Shown here: in pieces, positions 44,771 through 54,567 of the stretch | How the letters are laid out: every line of letters begins with the position of its first letter | Position numbering within the stretch: the first letter of the stretch is position 1 | Translations under genes and position numbers: made by a program | Source of the DNA: Minisyncoccota bacterium | GTDB lineage: Bacteria; Patescibacteriota; Minisyncoccia; Phycocordibacterales; UBA1550 | Length of the DNA stretch: 64,000 bases | Assembly: GCA_023229865.1 (NCBI GenBank) | Contig: JALNYL010000006.1 | Location: 5,597-69,596, forward strand | Reading direction: 5' to 3' | The notes under the pieces: generated by a model | Databases searched by the model: none | Seen by the model: only the letters and a program-made list of their open reading frames with translations | Told to the model about the DNA's origin: nothing

Positions 44771-45361
44771 ATGCAGTATCTAATAGTCGGACTCGGGAAC
44801 CCAGGGGAAGAATATGAGAACACGCGGCACAACGCGGGGCGTATGGTAGTGGAAGCTTTTCGTAAAAAAAATGACTTTCCCGAGTGGACAGCCGACAAGA
44901 GTTTGAAAGCGCTCGTGTCAAAAGGCTCGCGGGGGAAGGATAAAGTAGTTCTCCTTATGCCTGACAACTTTATGAATGTCTCGGGGAAAAGCGTGGCGCC
45001 GTTCGTAAAGAATGCAAAGGATGCCGAGCGTACTATTGTGGTGTATGACGATCTTGATTTGCCACTTGGGGGGATGAAGATGTCTTTCAATAGAAGCTCA
45101 GGCGGGCACAAGGGGGTGGAGTCTATTATTAAGGCCATCAAAACAAAAGCTTTTGCACGACTCCGTGTGGGGATTTGTCCTACGACACCGACTGGTAAGC
45201 CTCGCAAGCCAAAAGGAGAGGAAGCGTTTCTTGACTTCATTGTCGGTCCATTTAAAAAAGCAGAACTCGACGAAATAAAAAAGACTGCAAAAAAGGGGGC
45301 GGAGGCACTCGGATATTTCCTTGAGGACGGAAGAGAAATCGCGACGGGAAAGGTAAACTAG
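44771..45361 (+). CDS. pth: peptidyl-tRNA hydrolase
   Basis: MQYLIVGLGNPGEEYENTRHNAG N-terminal signature. Confidence 0.9.
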   Translation: MQYLIVGLGNPGEEYENTRHNAGRMVVEAFRKKNDFPEWTADKSLKALVSKGSRGKDKVVLLMPDNFMNVSGKSVAPFVKNAKDAERTIVVYDDLDLPLGGMKMSFNRSSGGHKGVESIIKAIKTKAFARLRVGICPTTPTGKPRKPKGEEAFLDFIVGPFKKAELDEIKKTAKKGAEALGYFLEDGREIATGKVN

Positions 45362-45399
45362 GTATTAGGGTTTAGCCACTAGCCACTAGGGTTTAGCTT

Positions 45400-45436
45400 A
45401 AAAGCGGGTTTGCGCTTTGCGCAAACCCGCTTTTTC
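45400..45436. terminator. bidirectional terminator (AAAAGCGGGTTTGCGC-TTT-GCGCAAACCCGCTTTTT), flanked by GCCACTAG / CTATTGGCTA direct repeats
   Basis: seen in sequence. Confidence 0.65.
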
Positions 45437-45470
45437 TATTGGCTATTCACTATTGGCTAACCACTAATAC

Positions 45471-46655
45471 CTACTTCGTATCTTTAATCGTAAGACTAAA
45501 CCAAACTGCGGTAAACATCAGAATTCCTAAAATAAGGAAAAGGTAACGGAAGTCAATAAAGAGAAGGAGGATCGAACCGATGATCGGCGCAATGATGTAT
45601 GAAGTCGCGCGCATAGTACGCATAAAGGTAATGAGGTGCGCATCCTCGGGTCCAACTTTTTTGTAGAAATAACTCTCCGTCATTGCCTCTACACCACTCG
45701 CTCCGAAGCGGGTAATAAAGAGAAGCCCTGCCCAAAGATATATATTACTGGTGGTCATCCAAGATATTGCAGCAGTAGAAATACCCATTATGATGAATCC
45801 AATAGTAAGCATCTCTTTTTCTCCATATTTTGTGTCTGCGAGTCTTCCAAAAAAAACTTCAAAGAGCACAAAGGGGAGTAGGGCAATAGGAATAATCGTG
45901 CTCAAAATTTCATTCATCGGTATCCCTACGTAGGTGTTGAGATAGATGGGAGTATAAATAACCATCCACACAAAGAAAAACGAGAGCAGGAAATGCATGA
46001 GAATAATAGAATGCAGATCATGACTGTCGCGTACGATACGAAACGTCGCTCTAAATGGATGCACAAGATAGTGGGGGTCCTCGTAATTTTTAAAATACTT
46101 TGCAATAACAAAAAACCCAAGCGCCATAACGACTGCTGCTGCTGTCCATATCTTCCAGTAGTCATGATCAGTAAGCATAAGACCCGCAATGAAAGGAGCC
46201 ACCGCAACCGCGATGTTGAGCACGGTCATAAAGACCCCGCGCATACTCCCTGTTTTTTCGTTGTCGGTAAAATTTTCTACAAAGTAATCAAGATTGAGGA
46301 AGATAACACTACTTGTTACCAAAAATACAATAAATGCGATTATTGCAAGGATTGGACTCACTGAGGGGTCAGAACAAAGGGCAAGCGTGACAAGAGCAAT
46401 AATCTCGACGCCCATTGCGCCGAGGGTTGCCCAGTAGTTGCCAAAGCGTTTAAGGATACGAGGAAGGAGAAACGTGTAGGTGACGGTAAAGATTGCCGCA
46501 AAAGAAAAAATGAGGCCCACAACCTTCTCGCTTGTTAAAAATTGAGAAATAAAAGACGATTCAATATAGAGTGGAAGCGCATATTGAAATGAATACAAAA
46601 AACTCGTGAGGTACACGAGGAGAAACAGTGTCTTTTTTGATGCTACTTGGGTCAT
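45471..46655 (-). CDS. MFS-type transporter (12 predicted TM helices)
   Basis: hydrophobicity pattern, 394 aa. Confidence 0.75.
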   Translation of the reverse strand: MTQVASKKTLFLLVYLTSFLYSFQYALPLYIESSFISQFLTSEKVVGLIFSFAAIFTVTYTFLLPRILKRFGNYWATLGAMGVEIIALVTLALCSDPSVSPILAIIAFIVFLVTSSVIFLNLDYFVENFTDNEKTGSMRGVFMTVLNIAVAVAPFIAGLMLTDHDYWKIWTAAAVVMALGFFVIAKYFKNYEDPHYLVHPFRATFRIVRDSHDLHSIILMHFLLSFFFVWMVIYTPIYLNTYVGIPMNEILSTIIPIALLPFVLFEVFFGRLADTKYGEKEMLTIGFIIMGISTAAISWMTTSNIYLWAGLLFITRFGASGVEAMTESYFYKKVGPEDAHLITFMRTMRATSYIIAPIIGSILLLFIDFRYLFLILGILMFTAVWFSLTIKDTK

Positions 46656-46749
46656 AATCTTTTAATTGTATCACAATTGAAAGGCTCCGCCATATCGATT
46701 GAATGGCCTAAATATCTTGATAAAATAGCAATACTCGTGCATACTGAAA

Positions 46750-47409
46750 ATGTTAGTAATAATTTATAATAACATGTTTGAAAACCCTACTACCGCACAT
46801 AATACAACTGAAAAAGAAAGGATCCGTGAGATCGAGACTGAAACCATTAAGTCTCTATATAGCCCGTTTCTTCTTGACACCTTAAATAGGTGGGGTAGTA
46901 AAGAGGACGCTGAAAAGCTTGCTGGTGAAAGGCTTGATATTAAATTAGTACCACCAACTGATGTTGATTGGAAAAATTTACAAGAGCGAGGGGTGCGTGG
47001 AAGGGGTGGGGAGGTTGTGTTCAATCCCGAAACGCTTTCGATTGACTGGGAAAATACACCCGTCCAAAAGTTTAAAGCTATTGAACTAAAAGAAATGGAA
47101 GGGAAGTCCGTTGCGGAGGTTGCTAAATATGTAGTTACTACGTACGGCGATACGCACTATATCCCCGGTATTGAATATTTGAACTTTATTGTTCAAAACC
47201 CAGAAAAAGCGTCACCACTACTTCTTCTTGAGGATGGAAACACGTACTACTTTTTTGGCTCCACGATCGCAACCTTCGAGAATGTTCTTATTCCTGGAGT
47301 GGACTGTCATCCTTCTGAATACACGGATAGTCCAAAGTTTCGTCGAGCAGCGATTAGGCCGAACGATACTTGGGTGGCTAATACAAGAGTCTTCTTACTG
47401 GAGAAATAA
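46750..47409 (+). CDS. hypothetical protein (start 46750 or 46774)
   Basis: ORF with TATAAT at 46765-46770; no recognised motif. Confidence 0.4.
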   Translation: MLVIIYNNMFENPTTAHNTTEKERIREIETETIKSLYSPFLLDTLNRWGSKEDAEKLAGERLDIKLVPPTDVDWKNLQERGVRGRGGEVVFNPETLSIDWENTPVQKFKAIELKEMEGKSVAEVAKYVVTTYGDTHYIPGIEYLNFIVQNPEKASPLLLLEDGNTYYFFGSTIATFENVLIPGVDCHPSEYTDSPKFRRAAIRPNDTWVANTRVFLLEK

Positions 47410-47415
47410 CTATTT

Positions 47416-47460
47416 AAAAATCTAGCCCACTGTTTATGAAAACAGTGGGCTAGATTTTTG
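47416..47460. terminator. bidirectional terminator (AAAAATCTAGCCCACTGTTT...AAACAGTGGGCTAGATTTTT)
   Basis: seen in sequence. Confidence 0.65.
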
Positions 47461-47479
47461 TTATTATGGTTTAAATATT

Positions 47480-49564
47480 TTACACCGTAAGAATCACGGG
47501 AATCACAATTGGGCGCTTTGCGGTCTCTTGGAAGAGAAGGCGGGCGACGGCATCAGTGACATGGTCTTTCACATAGTCGAAGTCGATTTGCTTTGAACCA
47601 CCCACCATGTCCTCGACGGTCTTCTTGGTGAGGAAACGTGCTTGGCGAAGAAGGTCCTGTGATTCACGGAGGTATACGAACCCACGTGAGATAACATCAG
47701 GAGACTTAGTCACCTTACCTGTTGCGACATCAAGTGTGGTGATGACCACAAAGATACCATCTTGTGAAAGCATCTGACGATCGCGGAGGACAACTTCCTG
47801 CATATCGCCGACAGAGAATCCATCTACGAGGATGAGACCCTTTGGTGCCATTTCCTTGAGTGAGACAATCTTCTTGCCACCGTCTTGGATTTCAATAATC
47901 ATACCGTTGTCAGGAATGATGATGTTCTCATCGGGGAGTCCTGCTTCGCGCGCGATGTCAGCATGACAGCGGAGCATGTAGTGATATCCGTGCACCGGCA
48001 TAAAGAAACGTGACTTGAGTCTGTTGTGAATCCAGAGTGACTCGTCGTGGTGCGCGTGACCTGATGAGTGAACCTTTGCATTCTCGTAGTGAATGAGGTG
48101 TGCGCCCTGACGTGAGAGATTGTCTTTGAGCTTCTGAACGCTACGTTCATTGCCCGGCACAACCGATGACGAAAGAAGAATCGTGTCGCGCTTATTGATC
48201 TTCAAGTACTTGTGCGCCTTGTTTGCTGCGCGCATAAGGGATGCAAATTCGTCACCCTGTGCACCGGTCACTAAGAGAATTACGCGATCGGGTGGATACT
48301 TCTCCATATCTTCGATAGGGATGAAGGTCTCAAGCTTTGCCTTGAGGAGTCCTGACTGGCGTGCGATGTCCACGTTGTTCTTCATACTACGTCCATCGAG
48401 TACGATTTTCTTGCCGAGGATTTCTGCAACATCGATAATCTTTACGAGACGCTCAAGGAGTGATGCAAATGTCGCGACGATAATACGTCCTTCGGTGGTG
48501 CGGATAATTTCTTCAATGTTTGCAAGTACGGTGCGCTCAGGGAATGAGTATCCAGGACGCTCAACGTTGGTCGAGTCGGCCATAAGAAGAAGTGTCGGTG
48601 CGCTTTTTACAATGTTATCAAACTCATCCTCTTCTTCCATGGTAGGGACACCGTCCACGTGGTCGAGCTTGAGGTCGCCAGTGTGGATAATGTTGCCGTA
48701 GGGAGTTTCAAGAATGATACCCATCGCATCAGGAATGGTGTGGGTGACGGCAAAAAACTTCGCCTTAAAATCTCCGACCGTAATACGATCGTTCTTTTCA
48801 ATGATACGCATATCGAGCGCTGGAAGATGTGAAAATTCCTCCTGACGCTTTTGGATCATGAGTCCCGTGAGGGCGCGTGTGTAAAGTGGTGGGTTGCCGA
48901 TTTTGCCCATAAGGTAGGGGATACCACCCGTGTGGTCGAGGTGACCATGCGTAATCATAACCGCTTTTACTTTGTGCTTGCGATCCTCGAGATACTTGGT
49001 GTTTGCAAGAATGTAGTCAACACCGGGAGTGTTTTCTTCTTTAAACTGAAGACCGGCATCGATAACCACGATTGAATCTTTGTATTCAATCATAGTCATG
49101 TTGCGGCCGATTTCTTCTACACCACCGAGCGCGATGATGCGTACATCACCGTCCTTAAGAGGAGGGATAACGACATTGTCCTGATCCTTTGGATAAGGGG
49201 CCATCATGCGACGAGCGTCTGCTTTCTCACGACCTGTTGAGTGCTTCATGCGTGTTGAAGTACGAGGAGTGCTGTGAGAGTGTCCTCCGTGTGAAGCTCC
49301 TCCGCGGTTGCCGCGGAATGCGCCACCAGCGTTGCCACCTTCTCTGCGGGGCTGTGCGCTGCCAGTAGCTACTGCTCCTCCTTGGGGCTGCTGTGCTGCT
49401 CCCTGGGGGCGAGTACCATTTCGGTATGCGTTGCGATTAGCAGAGCGATTTACCGCGCTTCTTGGTCCACGAGCATTGCTGTCTTTGCGCACGAAACGGC
49501 GCGCGCTGTATCCGCCCGCTCTGTCTCCTGCACCTTCTGTTTTCTTAGGTTGTTCTTCTGTCAT
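47480..49564 (-). CDS. rnj: ribonuclease J (metallo-beta-lactamase/beta-CASP) with ~150-aa Arg/Gly-rich disordered N-terminal extension
   Basis: HxHxDH motif ITHGHLDHTGG; beta-CASP and RNase J C-terminal regions; N-terminal RGG-like low-complexity segment. Confidence 0.9.
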   Translation of the reverse strand: MTEEQPKKTEGAGDRAGGYSARRFVRKDSNARGPRSAVNRSANRNAYRNGTRPQGAAQQPQGGAVATGSAQPRREGGNAGGAFRGNRGGASHGGHSHSTPRTSTRMKHSTGREKADARRMMAPYPKDQDNVVIPPLKDGDVRIIALGGVEEIGRNMTMIEYKDSIVVIDAGLQFKEENTPGVDYILANTKYLEDRKHKVKAVMITHGHLDHTGGIPYLMGKIGNPPLYTRALTGLMIQKRQEEFSHLPALDMRIIEKNDRITVGDFKAKFFAVTHTIPDAMGIILETPYGNIIHTGDLKLDHVDGVPTMEEEDEFDNIVKSAPTLLLMADSTNVERPGYSFPERTVLANIEEIIRTTEGRIIVATFASLLERLVKIIDVAEILGKKIVLDGRSMKNNVDIARQSGLLKAKLETFIPIEDMEKYPPDRVILLVTGAQGDEFASLMRAANKAHKYLKINKRDTILLSSSVVPGNERSVQKLKDNLSRQGAHLIHYENAKVHSSGHAHHDESLWIHNRLKSRFFMPVHGYHYMLRCHADIAREAGLPDENIIIPDNGMIIEIQDGGKKIVSLKEMAPKGLILVDGFSVGDMQEVVLRDRQMLSQDGIFVVITTLDVATGKVTKSPDVISRGFVYLRESQDLLRQARFLTKKTVEDMVGGSKQIDFDYVKDHVTDAVARLLFQETAKRPIVIPVILTV

Positions 49565-49677
49565 TATAATTTTTTAATTGATTGTTAACGTGTTTTTTGT
49601 GAGAACTTATCTCAAGGATGATGACGACGGGTAGACATACTCCGTGCATCCTCATTTTTGAAACAAGTTCCTTTTGT

Positions 49678-51468
49678 TTATTTCTTTTCTTCCGCGAATA
49701 TTTTCCACACGCTATCAGTGTTGATGTACCATTCGTGAATATTCAAGAAGCGTTCAGCGGGAACAGAAATTGCCCCAAGTGCGAGACCGTGCACACTCTC
49801 AGGAAGTACATACAAGAATTCTGGTGCGTACATAAAGATCGCAGGAGTATCCTTCATCACTTCGCTGCTGAAGTTTTTGTATGCAGTTGCGCGCTTGTCG
49901 TTGTTTGCCTCGGTGCGTGCCTCGTCGAGGATTTTATCAACTTTTGTATTTGCGTATGAGGTGATGTTGAGGCCGGGGTCAAGGCGCTGACTCGAGTGCC
50001 AGAAAGGATATGGATCACTGCCTTGTCCAAGCACTTGCCCAAAGAAGAGCGCTTCAAACTTGCGTGGTCGCACGATAGTTTCCTTGAGGTCGCCCGTTGC
50101 AAATACACGCACCGTGACAGGGATACCGAGTTCTTCCCAGTTTGCTTTGAGCTCCTGCGCGACCGTTTTGAGCTCGGTTGCTTCTGACGTTGCGAGTTCA
50201 AAGTGAAGCGTCTGTGTTTCTTTCTTTACCTTTTTTGTCCAAAGTTTTTGTGTGTCGTCAAACTTCCATCCAGCCTTTTCAAGAAGTGCGCGCGCTGCAG
50301 TGAGTCGCTCAGCGCGATCCTTTTCGTCCGCATTTGCTTCATAACCAACTGCTCCTGGAGGAAGTGGGGAATTGAGAGAGACCCCATATCCAAAGAGAAC
50401 TTTGTCGATGATTGGCTGTTTGTCGGTGGCGAGGGTGAGCGCCTTGCGTACTGATGAGTCAGTAAAAAGTGGCTGCTCGTTTTGATTGAAGAAAACCGCA
50501 AGCACGCGAGGGAGAGGTGTGTGTTCAATGCGGAACCCTTCTTGAGAAAGCTTCTGCGCGTTTTCGGCGGAGATGGAATTGATTGCTTCCACACTGCCGT
50601 CAGCAAGCGCCTGAAGAAGTGATTCTTCGTTGCCAAAGAATACAAACTTCATTGTCTCAATGCGAGGCTTGCCGAGGGCAAAAGATTTGAATGCTTTGAG
50701 TGTGTATGATACAGGGATTTCATCACCGTCTTTTGTCACGGTTTCAATCTTTGAAAATTTGTACGGACCAGAACCGATTGGTTCACGATTGTATTTATTG
50801 GTATCAAAGCGATTGTAGTCGATTGTCTTCCAGATGTGCTCAGGGAGAATACCCATCGTTGTGTTTTCAAGGAATGGACCATAAGGTTTTTTGAGGGTGA
50901 AGCGTACCGTGAGGTCATCGATCTGCTCAACACCCACGCCGTCCCAATTGGCGCGCTTGGGGCTCTTCATGCGACCATCTTGTGCGGTCTTCACCGTGAA
51001 GACTACATCAGACGCGGTGATCTTTTCTCCGTCGTGCCAGACGAGATTTGGTTTTAGGGTAAAGGTATACTCGAGTCCGTTTTTTGAGATCTCATATTTT
51101 TCAGCAAGATCAGGAACAAAACCACTTTCGGCGCTTCCACGCAAAAGTCCTGAATAGATGAGCGCAGTGATATCACGATCTGCTTCGGTGCCCACTTCGC
51201 TTGTGGCAAGAAGAGGATTGATGTGCGCAGGGGTGTTGAGTACTCCCTCAACGAGAGTTCCGCCTATTGTTGGCACTTCTATAGTATACGCACGGCTCAC
51301 GCTGAGGAGCATAACAATCACTGTTCCCACAAGAACCCCCATCGCCGTAAAGAAGATTTGATTCTCGCGGTGTGAAAATGCTTTAACCGCAAGGGCAAAA
51401 CGCCCTTCAAGGGGAAAGGCGAAACGAGAATTCAAATTTTGAGAGAGTTGTGAAAGAAATTGCTTCAC
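49678..51468 (-). CDS. ABC transporter substrate-binding protein, family 5 (oligopeptide/nickel type), N-terminal membrane anchor
   Basis: length and conserved SBP_bac_5 core (…LVWHDGEK…, …RANWDG…). Confidence 0.7.
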   Translation of the reverse strand: MKQFLSQLSQNLNSRFAFPLEGRFALAVKAFSHRENQIFFTAMGVLVGTVIVMLLSVSRAYTIEVPTIGGTLVEGVLNTPAHINPLLATSEVGTEADRDITALIYSGLLRGSAESGFVPDLAEKYEISKNGLEYTFTLKPNLVWHDGEKITASDVVFTVKTAQDGRMKSPKRANWDGVGVEQIDDLTVRFTLKKPYGPFLENTTMGILPEHIWKTIDYNRFDTNKYNREPIGSGPYKFSKIETVTKDGDEIPVSYTLKAFKSFALGKPRIETMKFVFFGNEESLLQALADGSVEAINSISAENAQKLSQEGFRIEHTPLPRVLAVFFNQNEQPLFTDSSVRKALTLATDKQPIIDKVLFGYGVSLNSPLPPGAVGYEANADEKDRAERLTAARALLEKAGWKFDDTQKLWTKKVKKETQTLHFELATSEATELKTVAQELKANWEELGIPVTVRVFATGDLKETIVRPRKFEALFFGQVLGQGSDPYPFWHSSQRLDPGLNITSYANTKVDKILDEARTEANNDKRATAYKNFSSEVMKDTPAIFMYAPEFLYVLPESVHGLALGAISVPAERFLNIHEWYINTDSVWKIFAEEKK

Positions 51469-51537
51469 GAAAAAAAGTTTTTAGAGTTGAAGAATCTCAA
51501 AAGCTACGGACGGCGTATCTTGGGCGCTTAAGAAAAC

Positions 51538-51771
51538 TTACGCGCGGAGAAGAAGCATTGCGAATGCTGAAAGAGCGAACAAAATCGCAACGACAATAGA
51601 GAGGTAGAAAAGCACCTTCTCCATTCCTCGGCGTGTATAACGAATAGAATCGTCACCGCCACCAAACGCACCACCCACGCCTGCTCCAGTCTGCTGGAGG
51701 AGGATTGCTGCGGTGAGAATGATTGAGAGGATAATCTGCATCCAAGGCAGAACCGTAACCAGAAATTCCAT
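51538..51771 (-). CDS. secG: preprotein translocase subunit SecG
   Basis: MEFLVTVLPWMQIILSIILTAAILLQQTGAGVGGAFGGG...RRGMEKVLFYLSIVVAILF typical SecG. Confidence 0.75.
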   Translation of the reverse strand: MEFLVTVLPWMQIILSIILTAAILLQQTGAGVGGAFGGGDDSIRYTRRGMEKVLFYLSIVVAILFALSAFAMLLLRA

Positions 51772-51911
51772 ACTCCGTACTATAGCAGAAAACGAAAAAG
51801 GATGCAAAGGGGAGGGGACAGAATATGGAATATTGAATGTCGAATGAGGGGAAAAGAAAATGGGGGCGCAAGCTTCGCTTGCGCCCCCATACAATATGTA
51901 TAACACCCTCA

Positions 51912-52487
51912 TCAACCTTTTTGCGCCCACTTGTTTTGCTCGTCGGCAGTGGGGGCAATCGTTGGCGCTGTTTGATTGTTTGAGTGAACTTGCTGAACAG
52001 CTTTTGCGAGCGTCTCATCAATCAGATATTTCGGCGGCTCATATCCCTCGATGACTTGCGCCCATTTCTCATGAGACGAACAGCCGGTGAATTCGCAATA
52101 TGTCGAGAAGTGGTTCCCTCTGCGTTGAGTGAGACTGCACTCGCTGCAAATGATTGACCCGCCAAGGAGCCCTGGATCGCGAGCTCGCAAATGTGGCCCG
52201 AGATACCAGTAAAGCAGTTGGATCGTTTCGATAAATGAGCTCAAGAACACATCGTTCATGAAGCTTGGGCAAGGGTCGATAGCATAATTCTGATCCTTGC
52301 GCGACAAGAGGAAATGCTTCTCCTTGTATTCAACTTCGCTTACGCCCTTTTCGCTCAGTTGAGCAACTTCGTTTATTACCCTTGCACGAAGCTTTTCGGG
52401 GAGATTTGCGATTGTCCTACATTCTTCGTTGTTAAAGGTGAGTTCTGAGCCTGCGATGTTGTTCGCAATGATTTTAATCTTCAACAT
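51912..52487 (-). CDS. hypothetical Cys-rich protein
   Basis: ATG MLKIKII...; CSECS...C..TGC cluster. Confidence 0.4.
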   Translation of the reverse strand: MLKIKIIANNIAGSELTFNNEECRTIANLPEKLRARVINEVAQLSEKGVSEVEYKEKHFLLSRKDQNYAIDPCPSFMNDVFLSSFIETIQLLYWYLGPHLRARDPGLLGGSIICSECSLTQRRGNHFSTYCEFTGCSSHEKWAQVIEGYEPPKYLIDETLAKAVQQVHSNNQTAPTIAPTADEQNKWAQKG

Positions 52488-52665
52488 GATACACCCCCGT
52501 TTGGTTGATGTTTTGAGAAAGTACTCCTGTTGCCACTCTACATTATGAATAGAAAAGAGGCAATGTGTGGTAGTTATCCACACAACACCATTACTATTTC
52601 ACAAACACAATGATATACTTACCACATATCAAGTGCACGTAATTTAATAATTCAATAACAACAAC

Positions 52666-53265
52666 ATGGACCAATCAGACACACAGCCCCTTGTTTGCCC
52701 TTCACACACCACCCACTACGCCGCGATGGTCATCCTCGGTATGATCATTGGTGCCACAGCCCTTGGTGCTTACATTAAGTTCGCTCCCGTCGACGAAGCA
52801 AACACCTACCAAGCAGGCTTCGACGCAGCAAAGAAGCTCGTAGAACAAAGCAGCATTGCTCCCATGCTCCAGACGGCAGAAGACATCCGTTCTCTCTCAG
52901 GCTCTGTCACCAGTGTAGAAGGGAACCGCATCACCCTCCATACTGCTTCAATGAACCCATTTGAAGACAAAAATCTCGCTGATCGTATCGTTGTTGTTAC
53001 CGCTGATACCAAGATTCTCAAACTCACCCAAAAGGATCCCAAGACCTTCCAGTCTGAGATGGATGCATTCATAAAGAACACCCAGAAGAACACCACTGTA
53101 GCTATGAACCCCCCAGCTCCTGTAAACCAGACAGAGGGAACCGTAGCAGATATTACCTCAGGTGACTTCTTGAGTATCACTACAGCAGAGAACATTAAGA
53201 CCCTCAAAGAGTTCTCTGCATCAGAGATCAGAATCCAGCCACGCCTAACCGCAGCTATTAATTAA
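52666..53265 (+). CDS. membrane-anchored hypothetical protein
   Basis: N-terminal TM helix. Confidence 0.45.
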   Translation: MDQSDTQPLVCPSHTTHYAAMVILGMIIGATALGAYIKFAPVDEANTYQAGFDAAKKLVEQSSIAPMLQTAEDIRSLSGSVTSVEGNRITLHTASMNPFEDKNLADRIVVVTADTKILKLTQKDPKTFQSEMDAFIKNTQKNTTVAMNPPAPVNQTEGTVADITSGDFLSITTAENIKTLKEFSASEIRIQPRLTAAIN

Positions 53266-53276
53266 CCATTACCATC

Positions 53277-54344
53277 ATGCTCAAACAAATCCTTTCTGCC
53301 ACCAAGATCGTTTCCCTCGCCATCGTCCTTTCCTTCGGACTTTCTTATGCCCTCGCGTGGACAGCTCCCGCAGCAAACCCACCAGCAGGAAATGTATCTG
53401 CTCCGATTAACGCAAGTAACACCGCACAAGAAAAACTTGGTGGACTCACGGTTGGTTCACTAACAACAGCAGGGGCGGTGACGGCAGGTACTCTCCGTGT
53501 CACCACCGGCGCCGCAGCATCTCGTGTCCTCACTTCAGATGCAAGCGGTAACGCTACTTGGCAGGCAGCAGCAGGAGGCTCTGACAACCTTGGTAACCAC
53601 ACGGCTACTCAGGCACTCAATATGGCCGGGAATAATATTACGAGTGCGGGGGCCATTACAGCTTCTGGGGAAGTAGATGCAACTGGCGGTACGGGAACCG
53701 GTTATAGTACTGCACCTATTGAAGTTCGTACCACATTAACACCTCGTATCTCATTCCATTGGCCTGGCGTAGTTGCTTCACAGCTTGGAATGGACAGCGC
53801 AGGAACTATTAGAACCTATGACAACCCAGGAACAGGATATGCAAACTTTACTGCTGGAACTATCAATGCTACGAACCGCCTGAACGTCTCCGAAGCAGCT
53901 GGCGCATACTCATATATCAGTATGGCCGACGACACCTCAACAGGTGGTCCAAAGTTTGTTCATGCAAACAGCAACGTTATTGGATTTTTGAATGGGGCTG
54001 GTTCGTGGCTCTCCTACTGGAACAATGCTGGGAATCAGGTAAATACAGGAAGTGTGACAGTTGGTGGTGCTGTGGTTGCGGCAGGTACTGTCTATTCAAA
54101 TTCGGTAGCAGTGTGTCAGTCTAACGGAGTGAATTGTCCAGCTGCTGGAAACTATAATAGTTTGCCGTCTGGGGCAGCTGGGGGGAGGTGCTACACAACA
54201 GGCGGTTATCCTCTTTGTACTACTGCAGCACAGGCACCAGCCGCAGGGTGTACTGCCGCCAGTGGCTATACTTGTACGGGGACATATATTTCATCGTGTG
54301 TAGCAGGATGGTCATTGTATAACGGTATGTGCATTAAAAACTAA
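53277..54344 (+). CDS. secreted Gly/Ala/Thr-rich repeat protein with Cys-rich C-terminus (fibre/adhesin-like)
   Basis: signal peptide; GTLRVTTG...LTSDASGNATWQ...repeats; C-terminal CxxC-rich domain. Confidence 0.5.
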   Translation: MLKQILSATKIVSLAIVLSFGLSYALAWTAPAANPPAGNVSAPINASNTAQEKLGGLTVGSLTTAGAVTAGTLRVTTGAAASRVLTSDASGNATWQAAAGGSDNLGNHTATQALNMAGNNITSAGAITASGEVDATGGTGTGYSTAPIEVRTTLTPRISFHWPGVVASQLGMDSAGTIRTYDNPGTGYANFTAGTINATNRLNVSEAAGAYSYISMADDTSTGGPKFVHANSNVIGFLNGAGSWLSYWNNAGNQVNTGSVTVGGAVVAAGTVYSNSVAVCQSNGVNCPAAGNYNSLPSGAAGGRCYTTGGYPLCTTAAQAPAAGCTAASGYTCTGTYISSCVAGWSLYNGMCIKN

Positions 54345-54415
54345 GAGAAGATCCCCTTATCGTTTGTAGTACTGGCTTCGTCCTCGTCGAATGATAAAAA
54401 ACTAAATTAAATCTC

Positions 54416-54454
54416 AACCCCCGCGATTCGGCTGAATCGCGGGGGTTTCGTTTT
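54416..54454 (+). terminator. rho-independent terminator (CCCCCGCGATTC-GGCT-GAATCGCGGGGG + T-tract)
   Basis: seen in sequence. Confidence 0.65.
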
Positions 54455-54567
54455 GTTAGTTTATGATATACTATCGTAGTAATTATTAATTAAAAAACTA
54501 GTTTTTAATTGGCATGGATTGGTTGATTCCTAAAATCTAAAACCTGTCAGCTAAAACCTATTAAATC

